Assembly: GCA_965153285.1 (NCBI GenBank) | Contig: OZ229115.1 | Length of the DNA stretch: 64,000 bases | DNA from: Podarcis tiliguerta | Taxonomy: Eukaryota | Strand: one strand, 5' to 3' | Part shown: positions 23,901-35,900 of the stretch, in pieces | Layout of the letters: the number at the start of each line of letters is the position of its first letter | Position numbering within the stretch: the first letter of the stretch is position 1 | Made by a program: the position numbers and the translations under genes | Notes under the pieces: generated by a model | Told to the model about the DNA's origin: nothing | The model's database searches: none | What the model saw: the letters and a program-made list of their open reading frames with translations, nothing else

Positions 23901-26900
23901 GAAGCGGGTTGTTATTTCCTTGATGACCCAGGATTCCTCGTTGCTCATGCTTCTCTGCCCCAAACATATGAGCGCACCAAACATTTGCAGGAGTATGACG
24001 TCCAGACTATCTCCTACATGCTTCATTGAAGAGTTTGCATGGAAAGGAAATCCCTGCTCACAAATTATCGCTTTCCCCCTTTGCAGTGAATTATGATAGC
24101 TGCCCACGTGCCATCGAAGCAAACATTTGGTGGCCACGCACCCGCTTTGGCTTGCCTGCAGCTGCACCTTGCCCCAGAGGATCTGTCGGTAATGAAGCAC
24201 CTTTGATACGTATATTGTGTGGATGTGGGGTGGGCAGTTTGATTTCCGCATAAGCCTTGCATGAACCAAGCACCCTTCGGCACCAAGGATGTCTGTGTTG
24301 CTTCTGGTCAAGGGTTCCCTGTGTGCCACATGCTTAGCTTAAAAAAAGAAAGAAAGAATGAACCAGCCTGTCTGCTTAGATACAAAGGAGTGTTTGCAAA
24401 TTTCAGAGGTGTAGCTGCGTTCGTCTATAGTAACAAAGCAACAACAAAGAGTCCGATGGCCCCTTAGATGCAAACAAATGTATTGTGACATGTGGGCCAG
24501 AGTCCTCTGTGTCTGATGCGCACAACTCACCCTTCCCTCCTGCTGCCCCATAGGCACTGCTGTGCGCCACTGCGATGAACACAAGGGCTGGCTAGCACCC
24601 AACCTCTTCAACTGCACCTCGCTGACTTTTGCAGCTCTCAAGGGTTTTGTAAGTGCTCTTTTCTCACTCTACATTTTCTTTGCTCTCGCAACCACCAGAA
24701 TTGCATATGCTCTGCAGGCAAATGCACCCACCCACTCTCTAACCTGTACCAAGCTAACCCATATCTGAGGCCTGAGCAAATTAAGCAAGGTAACCCACTG
24801 TAACATGTTTTTCCACATTGCGAAAAGCTATAGCAAAATTTACAATGGGTATATGCTTACATCTTTGGCATAACTGATTGTAATTCTCTTCGATTTTGCA
24901 AAGGATTAGGACCTATGTAGAGCATTGATGCTCCACCTCCTGACCACAGCAAGCCCCTTCTAGCTTTGGAGGTTTAACCCTGCATCACCCTCTAATTTCC
25001 ATGCTTATCTTACAGCCAAAAGAGCTAAAATCTTGAAAGCACAGGTTTTTGGGATAATGAATGGTGTGACAAGCACTTCATTCAGTGCTTGGAGTGATAC
25101 AGTGTCAGCCCAGCCCAACCCACCCTGCAGGGTTATGGTTCTCACTATCTCTTGCAGTTAGGAGCTGAGATTGAAGTTGCCTGGGGACTGCATTTGGTCT
25201 GTGATCCGGTTTCTGAGTGCCTTTCTCTTCCTTGCTGAGTAGGCCGAGAGGTTGTGGCGGAACGAGTCTATCTTGGACACAGAGCAGTCTCAGCGGGTGG
25301 CTCTCCAACTTCGCAACGCCACGCAGAACACGGCCAGCTTCTTTGGCAGTGACATCAAGGTGGCCTATCAGCTCTCAGCTCAGCTCCTGAAGCATGAAAG
25401 CACCCAAGAAGGCTTTGGCTTGGCTGCAACACAGGACGTGCACTTCACAGAGGTAAGCCCAAAGGCTCAAGTTCCCACAAGGCTATAACTGTAAAAGTCA
25501 CGGCAAAGTGACACACAACACAAGATCAGAAAGGACAGGCAAAACACAGAATAGTTTTTTGTTGTAGTTGCTGCAGTGCCAGAAAGCTGCTGTGATGGTG
25601 CCTGCCTGGTCTATCAAGGGCATCTAGGCAGGATGGCTGTGCTCTGCCTTCATGGCTGGAGTCAGTGATGCTTCTAAGTACCAGTTTCACAATCAGCAGG
25701 AGGGAAAGTGCTTTTGTGCTCATGTCCTGCTCACAGGCTTCCCACAGGCCTCTGGGTAGCCACTGTGAGTGAATAGGGTGCTGGACTAGATGGGCCTGAT
25801 CCAGCAAGCTCTTCTTGAGAAGGGGCTTCCAGAGCAACTGGGTCAGCAGATAACGAGCATCCTGCTGCACCTTTGGGAGAACCAAGTTGCTCAGTGTTGC
25901 ACTTGGAAAATACTGGAGAAGGTCAGTTCAGCTTGGATGGAATGTGACTCTTTGCATCATTTGAGTTTAGAGCAACCTGCTCTTACCCAGGGCCCCAGGG
26001 CTTTCATATGTCATAATCAAGACCGAGAATTACACTGGCCTGGATCTCAGCTGGCAAGGGGTACAATATGGGGCAATCCCAAGCAGTTGCAAAGCCAGGT
26101 GAGCAGGGGAGGCTGATGCTTTAGGGCAATTGAGGTACCGTTCCACCAAACTCAATTTGCCCTCGCTAGCACCCACCTACCTACCTGCCTTCTTATTTTT
26201 TTACCAGTCCATGGGATGACACTGGCTGTCCTCCTCGGTCTTTGTGTTGCCTTTGTAGAACTCAGCAGGGCAAAGGATGAGGACAAAGCTGGAATCATTT
26301 GACTCTGCTTGCCATTGGCTCTGTCTGTCATTAGCTTTTGGCTTCACTGAGTGTTGACTTCCCTGTTTTATGCCCTACCAGTCCCAGTGGGCATCAGCCG
26401 CCACTGCAGGTGAAGATCACTTTCTTGGTTCCACTGGGCTCTCAAAGGCCACAGACATTGTGAGCACCAAGACAGCTGCTTGTCCCTTGGCATGAGAATC
26501 CCAGGAACGGGCAAGCTGTCCTGTGATGGTGCTCTTGCAAGTGCTTGACCGCAGCCAGTCCTCCGTTCTGCCCACGGAAGGAACTACACGCCACTTTTGC
26601 AGCTCTCATTGTGCTTTCCTTTGGCCCTGCAGAACCTGCTCAAGGTGGGCAGCACCCTGCTGGACAATGGCAACAAGCGCCACTGGGAGCTGATCCAGCA
26701 GTCAGAGGGTGGCACGGCACAGCTGCTCAAGAATTTTGAAGATTACGCCAGCACTCTGGCCCAGAACATGCGCAAGACGTACCTGAACCCCTTCACCATA
26801 ATCACACCCAACATCGGTGAGAGCATAATAGCCATTAGGGCTGTTTCCCAATGAAAGGAATCTTTGCGAATCGACTAATTGTATGCATTTCAGTTGATGA

Positions 26901-29900
26901 GGTCATCAGTTAAGTATGCATACATTTGCAGGTGAATAAGGAAGTGCTACTGAAGGAGAAATAATTGTACAGTACTTGTGATGATGTTTGCATGTGGCAG
27001 GCAGACTTTTAGAAGAGGCATTTCCCTCTGTGTGAGAGAGGGAATGCTTACTTTAAGACAGAGATGTGGCACCTGTGCCATCGACCAACAACTCCCACCA
27101 TCCCTAACCATTGGGAATGCTGTTTGGGGTGGATGGGTTGTTGCTGTCCATCACCAGCAGAAAGGCCACAAGCTCCCCATCTCTCTTGTAAGAAGATGCT
27201 TGCTTGTCACCATTTCTGTACATTCTTCTATTGAAAAAGCCGATCATTATTATTATTTTTAAAATGTTTCCTGGTGAATCAAGGATACCTTTTTTGTTTT
27301 TTTAATCAATTCACCTAATCAGTGAATCAACTAAATATTGCGACCCTAACAACAATGCAAATATGCAACAGACTTTGAGCCAAACAGGTTTTTGTAAACA
27401 TTAATTCAAAATGAGGTCACAGTAAGTAAAACAACGTAACTATAACAGCTCTAATCTCCACCTGTTCCAGCTGCCAGCTACACAGCTTGGCCTCCTAGCT
27501 CCCTTATACATTCATTTAACATGTGAGGTGGTTTCAGAGAGAGCCCTGTTGTTAACCACTGTTACTATGAACAGACACTCTGATTATGTGCTTTACTTCT
27601 TGTCTTATGGTTTGAAATCTTATGATTTTTTTGGGCCCAAAGTCTAGAGTCGGTACTCATGGGAAAATTTGTTGGGGCTCATGGGAAATGTTGGGAGTAA
27701 TAGGTCAGTAGTCATCAATTTAGGGTTGCACCTCCAGCCCAAGCTGCAAATTGACATTCGGCTGGCTTGCCTAATGATAAGAAGCTTTTGCAATTTTATT
27801 TTTTTGGCTAGTTATTTCTGTGGTGAGGTTGGAGAAAATGAACTTTGCTGGCGCCAAGCTGCCTCACTATGAGGCACTCCGAGGTGAGAAGCCTGCAGAC
27901 CTAGAGACTACTGTCATCCTGCCTGAAAGTGTCTTCAAAGCTCCAGAGAGCAAACGTAAGTCTTGGCTTTCTAGAAAGGGTTGGGGACAGTGGGCCATTT
28001 GTAGGGCTTTCTTTAACAGGACATCCCTTTTCGACAGGCGGTGGTGAGTCCTGTAAGTCCATGGAAGATTCCCCTCAAGATAACTAGAGCTCTGCTTTGG
28101 GTGATTTTGTGCAGAAAAGCAGTCTATAAATTCTGGAAATAAAATATAGAGGATCCAGCCTGACTTGGCCTGCTTCTGAGGCAAAGTAATATCTCACTCA
28201 ATGTCTCATGCTCACTTTCCAGAACCTTCTATGGCCAATGCCAAGCATCTCCCCGGTGAGGAAGAAGAACCTGCCCTGATGACAAGACAGAAAAGGCACC
28301 CGGATCTGAACGAGGGACAGGCCATTGCCAGTGTGATCATCTATCGCACACTGGCTGGTCTGCTTCCAGAGCAGTATGACACAGATAAACGGAGCCTGAG
28401 GTAACATATACCTGCCCCCACCCCAAATATACACACATACGCAGAAGCAGAGGGTATCTCAGATACCGGAGATTATACACAATGCCCATACTTAGGGGAG
28501 GCCAGTTCAGAGACCTCAAAAATCCATTGCAAAGGGGTCCGTTCATGTCATTCTCACCCCACCCTCCCATATGCTGGAGGATTTGGGCTCCATTCTCTGT
28601 TGTTAAAGCATCATCAACTTCTATATGGCTTCCTGGCCCCCTGCCAACTAAGCACGAAGGTGGGAAACCTCAGTCCCAGGGGTCAAATGTGGCCCTCCAG
28701 GCCTCTCTCTTGGGCCCTTGAGACACCTTCTCCTCAGCCATTCCCACTCTTGCTAGGCCAAACGCCCTCACTGGCCCTGCATCACACTCTCTTTGAGTGT
28801 TTTTGCCTGACTGGAATGTGTCACTGAACTCTGATAATGCCTCTTACTTGCATGGATGGAGGGTAGATGGATTTCTGTGATTTTTCTCTTTCTCCGGCCC
28901 CCAGAAGGTTGTCTGGATGAGAATGCAACCCTCAGTCTGACAAAGGTCTCCCACCTCTGACCAAGCAGATGATTTCCAGTGCCCCATGGTTTAAATAGGG
29001 AGCAGGGCTCTCACACTGTTTTTGTTGTTATTTTGTGGTGCTAGCAGTCAGGAAGCAGTGGGATGGGCCACTTCACAGGCCCATGTAGGAAATGGGGATG
29101 TGGTTCAATGTGTGCCATGTGTCCTCACAGAGTCCCCAAGCGGCCCATCATCAACACTCCAGTGGTGAGCATCAGCATCCATGACAATGATGCCCTGATG
29201 CAGCGGGCGCTTGAGAAGCCCATCACGGTGCAGTTCCGGCTGCTGGAAACTGAGGAGCGGACCAAACCTATCTGTGTCTTCTGGAACCACTCCATTCTGT
29301 GAGTCCCACTGCCCAGACAACAAGGCCTGGGTGCTGAAGGATGTTGGGCGGAGGGAGAGGCACTCAGTGACACCCTAAGGCTGGCAGCTTGACCTTGACT
29401 TTGCTGTTTTCCCAGGGTCAGTGGGACTGGTGGCTGGTCAGCCAAAGGCTGTGAGGTTGTCTTCAGGAACGAGACCCATGTCAGCTGCCAGTGTAACCAC
29501 ATGACCAGCTTTGCTGTGCTGATGGACATTTCTCGCAGAGAGGTGAGAGAGACAATCATGGGCTCATCTCCAGGAGATGACCTGAAGGGAGAGGGGTGGG
29601 ATTGTGGCGGGGATAAGGCTCCTGCCTCACAAGGGTGGTAGAACATCATCTCATTGCTAAATCATCTTTCTTATGTGTCCATTGCTACCCACTCCCTCTC
29701 TCTCTTCCCCCCAGAATGGTGAGATCCTGCCCCTGAAGACCATAACCTACGCCTCCATTGCTGTGACGTTGGGCAGCCTCTTGCTCACGTTCCTCTTCCT
29801 GGCTGGCCTGCGGTCCCTGCGATCCAACCAGCAAAGCATTCGCAAGAACCTTGTGGTGGCCCTGTTCCTCTCTGAGCTCATCTTCCTGCTGGGCATCAAT

Positions 29901-32900
29901 CAGGCTGACCTGCCAGTGAGCTTCTGGGGTGGGGTGGGAAGCTGTGGGGGCAAGAGGAAGCTCAGCTCAATAGGCCAGAGCCATGATTCCGGTCACTGCC
30001 ATAGGTGGAGGCACCAACATGATCTCCATCGTGGGTGGGGAGACCATTGCTAATGGCTGCTGGTGCCAATCTGGTGTCTCCTAACCGCTTCCCCTTCTCT
30101 CTTTCCTTGCCAGTTTGCCTGCACAGTCATTGCCATCCTTTTGCACTTCTTGTACATGTGCACCTTTGCCTGGGCGCTGCTGGAAGCGCTGCACATCTAC
30201 CGCATGCTGAGCGAGGTGCGCGATATCAACTATGGCCCCATGCGCTTCTACTACATGGTCGGATGGGGCGTGCCAGCATTCATCACAGGTGGGTCCAAAC
30301 CAGACACAACATCTCCTAGCTCAGGGCCATCCTGGCCACTCCGAGGCCTCAGCATCCCTTAGTGAAGCCTTAGTTTGGAAAGCAGGAGGTGGGGGCAAGG
30401 GGCTCTGCCCTGCCCGCTCTGCGGTGAGCACCTGAGGCCAGACCATAGCCAGAGAAGCCTGGCCTAAAACAGGGTTAGGGCTGAGATGGACTAGCTGCAT
30501 GCCTAGCTGTATTGGTGCATTGGTTCTAGTTCCTGCTATTTTGGCCGTGAGCTACTTATCTGACTGTGATTAAATGCTTCCTCTTACTCTTCTGATGGTT
30601 CTGCATGGCATCCTTGCTTAGGACTTGCTGTGGGCCTGGACCCTGAAGGCTATGGGAACCCAGACTTCTGCTGGCTCTCCATCTATGATACACTGATTTG
30701 GAGCTTCGCTGGACCCATTGTTTTTGCTGTTGCGGTGAGTAGAGATACAAGGGGCTGATGGAGGGGAAAGCAAATGTAAATATACAATCAAAGAGAAGTT
30801 GCCTAACCTTATGGAGGCAAGTATAAGACCATTTTGATGCTCTGGGGAAAGCACTAAATCACCGTTGCAGAACCTGTGGACCCTAACTAGGCTAATTAGG
30901 GAGGGTTGTAAATTGACCCACTTTTCCCAAGCCTCTCCCACACCTGATGTCAGATGGGGGCAGTTATAGACCTGGCTGCACAGGAATGGTTTTGGGTGTG
31001 TTCCTGGTTGCTCCTTGACCAGCTTGCATTTGGTGCCTTGTAAATGTGGGATTGAATGCAAGCCCCCACTGGGATTGGTTCCACTCGGGGGCTCCCAGCT
31101 GGAGTTCCACAATGGAGCTGATCCCTGCCCAAAGCGAAGTTTTGCAGGCACCTCCAATCAGCTGACCAGCAGTACCTGCTTCAAACTCTGTTTGGGAAGG
31201 GCACTTCCTTTGCTGTCTAGCTTCGTAACAGCAGGTGACTGACAAGTGGACGATGCTCAGCTGTCAGTGTCTGGCTTGCCAGCCACATACCGTTCCCCAC
31301 CCCTCCTGTAAATAGAGAAAAAGAGGAGCTGGAGGAGGTGGAACCCAGATCCTCCATTCTGTGCTTAGTTTTGCCCCAGCCATGGGCAGAGAGGCTGTCT
31401 AGTTCTATAATTCGCCTTTGGAGATGTCTGGGAGATGCTTGGGAAAGAAAAGCACCCCGTTGCACCACCTGCAGCAGTGGAACTGGAAAGAAGCACCTTC
31501 CTCAATCACAGCTCCCCCCTCCCCCTTGTGGCAGGGGCCTCCAGGTTCCCCCCACCCCACCCCCAGCACCATCATATAGGGAGAGAGCTAATCTTTGCAA
31601 AACGGGGAAGCCCAGAGCATTCTAAAGAAATGGGGCTGATCCTGACTCCAGTGGCATGGGAATAGTCCGGGTTTGAGGGAGGACCTTGGATTGGCTGGAA
31701 AGAGAGCTGGTCCTAACCTTTCCCCTCTCTCTCCTCACAGATGAGTGTCTTCCTCTATATCCTGGCCACCAAGGCCACTTGTGCTGCTCAGCAACAGGGT
31801 TTTGAGAAGAAGGGGACAGTGTGAGTCTTAGCATTGCTCTTGCTCCACCACAATAAAGGCACACCACCATCTTCCTGTGTGTCTCCTGCACTGTCTTGCC
31901 ACTTCCATTGCTTGGTCACTTCTGCTGCTTCTGCTGCCATGTGCTTTTCCCCCACTGCTGTGCCATGTCCGCTGCTGCCTTTACCACACTGCTTTCTCCC
32001 AGCTGCAAAATCCCGTTCCCCCTTCCTCATCCTCTGCTCTTTTCTGCGTACAGCACTTTGTGCTGCCCTTTCACTTCCTACAGAACTCTAGCCAAGTCAT
32101 TTCCCCCCTTGTTGATGGCCACCCACTGTCACACCCAACCCAGCCTTGATACTTCCAGCATTCTTGAGAGCACTACATAATCCCTCCCCATAAAGCCTAG
32201 AACTGATATGGCAAAGCCAAGAGTGCCCCACAGCTTTTGGCACATGGGATCCATGTGAAGAGCATTTTGCTGGGGACCAGGGGTGGCATGTGCCCATGGA
32301 CATAGTCCCATGGGGGCTGTGTGGGAGAGACCCCACTGACTGTGCTCCTTCTTCATTGCAGCTCTGGCCTGCGCTCAGGCTTTGTCTCCCTGCTGCTGAT
32401 CAGCATCACCTGGCTGCTGGCCCTGCTGTCTGTCAACAGCGATGCCATCCTTTTCCACTACCTCTTTGCTGGCTTCAACTGCCTCCAGGTATGGTGGGCA
32501 CCAGGCAGAGGCTCAGGGGGGTGGGGAGGAGCTGGTGGGAAATCTCCCAAGATCAGTCATGTTGGTCCAGTGGTGTTACTAGATTCCATGCACACACTGA
32601 GTTTGCAAATCACTTCTGTTGTGCTTAAGTCATGAGGAAGATGCTAGTTTGGAATATGATCTTTCCCCCAAAGGATTGATCTCTAGCTTTGCTTAAAGTA
32701 GAAAAAATATATATATTCCGCATTTCCCCCTCCAAGCTAACACATGAATTATATAAATTAGGTGCTATTTAAGAAAAAAAGCAATAATTATCTGTATAGA
32801 AATTGTTTACATCTGTATTGATTCATCCATATTGACCTAATGAAACCCCGACTGGATTTTGTGGAGTCCAGTGCAAACTTGGATATTGCGCTTTTGAGCA

Positions 32901-35900
32901 TGTTTTTGAAGGAAAGTGCTACTCTTTGTCTTTGTGAGTCAGAAGAAACAGGTGGGAAGAGAACAGTGATGCCATTTGGGATGGAAGGTGGGAATAAGTG
33001 ACGGGCTTCCCCTTGATGCTGTTGATGTCTGGCTGAATGTAGCCTGGGATATTCCAGGTTAAGACAGTCAAGACTTATGATCTGTTTGGTTTCTTCCACA
33101 GGGGCCCTTAATCTTCATCCTTTGTGTCCTCTTGTGCAAAGAAGTGAGGAAGGCTCTCAAATCTAGTTGTGGCAAGAAGCATGGCACAGACCCCACATTC
33201 ACCACCAAATCTACCTTGACAGCGGTGAGTGTTTGAGAAAGTGGCAACCCAGTAGCCGTTTAAGCAAGGAAGAGTGAAAATCAGTATGCATGACCAGGCA
33301 GTGTTCTATAGCATGCATTTGGACATCATAATAAACTGTGGTTTAGCTTGATGGGAGGAATCCTAGGCAAACCTCAGGCTTACACACTTATCCCCTCTTC
33401 TCCTCTAGGAGCAGATTTGAAGCTTTCATGTACAGTTTTAATTAATCATTGTCTAACCCTAAATTTTGACTAATCTTAGTTCGTGGTTTGTGGCTGATTT
33501 GTTTTAAACAAACCAAAGTTAAGATAGCCAGTTTGTTGGGTTTGGAAGAAGCCACAATCAGAAGTAAATACTTTGGCATTCCTCATTGTGGCTGTACTGA
33601 AGAAGGAGAGAGCAGAATGCATAGGCCCGGGGTGGGATGGTGGGAGGGCACTAGGCACTAGGCTTATTATTCCTACCATGATCAAACCACGGTTTATCAT
33701 ACCAGCCAAATGCAGCCATGCTAGTTGTGTGTTCTGTTATTAAAAGTCAAAGTGAATCAGATTCCAATTCTATGCCAAGAAAAGAAGCTGGATTTGGCAA
33801 CCTGCATGAATCAATGCAATTAAGCAAATGTGAAGGTATTTGCTTGCTTTGCCAGATTTATTCTGCTGTTCCTAACCGTGTAGAAGGAGCATGAGCATAG
33901 CTGTCAACTTTTCCCTTTTCTTGCAAGGAATCCTATTTGGAATAAGGGAGTTTCCCTTTTAAAAAGGGAAACATTGACAGCTATGAGCACGAGTGATATA
34001 CGGCACTGCCACTGGAAATTGTACGCAACCTCCAGTCCACAGACTTCTGAGGTTTTCAGCAGGCGTTACCTATACCCTTTCATCCCTGTCTTCACAGTTT
34101 TAAGGGTTGGCCCTTTTAAGAGCTGACACCTTAAGCAGAAATCCTCACATGGGCCTCTTCCCTTCCCTAGCAGCAAGCATGCTATTCAAAAGCAACAATG
34201 TGCTGGCCTTTCAGCTGCCTGCGGTGGCCACCTCACTCTGCCTAAAGATAGGGGCGGCACAGTTGGGGGAATAGACTCCCAGCTCTGGAATTCATTTGCT
34301 GAGAAGAAAGGAGATATATACAAGGGGAGGCAGCTCCTGCCTCTCTGCTGCTCTTAGGGTTTCCTCTCCTCTGATCACAGTGTTCTCTCACCAGGCTTAT
34401 AACTGCAACAACACCTATGTTGATGGGCAGCTGTACCACACGCCCTTTGGAGACTCCACTGGTTCCTTGCACAGCACTGTCCGTTCCGGCAAGAGTCAGC
34501 ACAGCTACATCCCTTTTGTGCTCAGGTAATTCCAGTTCCAGGGCCCTCCATTGCACAATAGACATGTGAAAATAGGGTGGGAAGAATTAATATTGGGCAG
34601 AGGCAGTAGGTAGTATGCCTGTTGCCATTTCAGAGCAACAGTTTGTGAGATCTTACCTTCTTAGAACTACTCACTAAACTGAATTCTTATGACCTCAAGG
34701 AGAGTTTCCGCTGAGGCTTGCCTCTTCTTTGGTCTTTTGAGGCTTGCCTCTCTGTCTCTCTTTTTGCTGTACTAAGGATTTTAGTTTGAGGCTGTTTCTT
34801 GATATTGATCACTCAGGGGAGAACAGAACAAATAGTGTTCCTTCTGGATTGCTGAAGTCAGAATAAGGGACAGCCACCTGAGAACTCCTTTTCTGAACTA
34901 CTTGTCACTGACATGAGCAAAGGCATGCCTCGAGGGTCTTTGGCTTTTTTATAATGTTGATGATGCAAGTCTTTCTTGCCCTCAAGGTGAATATGCTCAA
35001 CACTCACAGGAACATGGTGTACAGAGAATTTATAACAACTTTCCTGCCTGGCATAAGGCTTGCCCCTCTGCACTCTAGGAGCTCCGAGCAGCTATAATCT
35101 CTCCTGCATTATCCTTACAGGGAGGAATCTGGCTTGAACAACAGCCAGGTGCACATTGGGCCTCCAGATCCCAGTTCACTTTTCCTGGAAGCTAAGGATC
35201 CGAGCAACGGTAAGGAGATGAGAACTGGGCAACCTCTAAGCAAAACTTCAGAACTGTATGAATCTGTATTCAAAAATAGCCTTTAAAACTATGGCATGTG
35301 CTGTGATACAGTTCTTAATGTCACAGGAGATTTTCAAGATGAAGGGGAAGGGAGGGTGAGGGAGATGACTGGAATTGCTGTTGTGTCTCAGTGCTTTTTT
35401 CACAGTGTGGATATCTTGCTGAGGATCTGTGTCATTCACGGATAGACAAAGATTTTAAATGTCTTGTTTCCAATAAGGCTTTTAAACTAAAACTGACTGG
35501 GGAAGTTGGCTACTTAATAATGGGCAATTGGTAATAGTCACAGTACTCTGTAAATAGTGAAAAATGTAGGAATATAATTATATCTGTTATGTAAGAGGTG
35601 ATCATGCCATTTTCAGGAGGACTGAACACAATAGTGTTGTTTCCATAAATCACCATACTGGGCTGAGATAAAACAAATTTAATGAAAGGCAAATTGTGAT
35701 GGACAGAATTTGAGCAATGATAACATGATCAAAGACAAACAGGTACAAAACAGTGAGCTTCATTTCTCGTGCTTGGTGGTCCCTGGACTAAACAACATTG
35801 GACAATCCAAGATGCATGTGTTTAGACCCTTTACATCAAGTCACACATAACTTGGATGTCCAATATTGTTTAGTTTCTGTAGAAGTAATGTGGGGGCTGT

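Noticed and set aside
25237-25242. GAGTAG tandem acceptor whose proximal AG would insert a stop (poison switch)
   Set aside because: GAG acceptors are rarely used and there is no supporting evidence.
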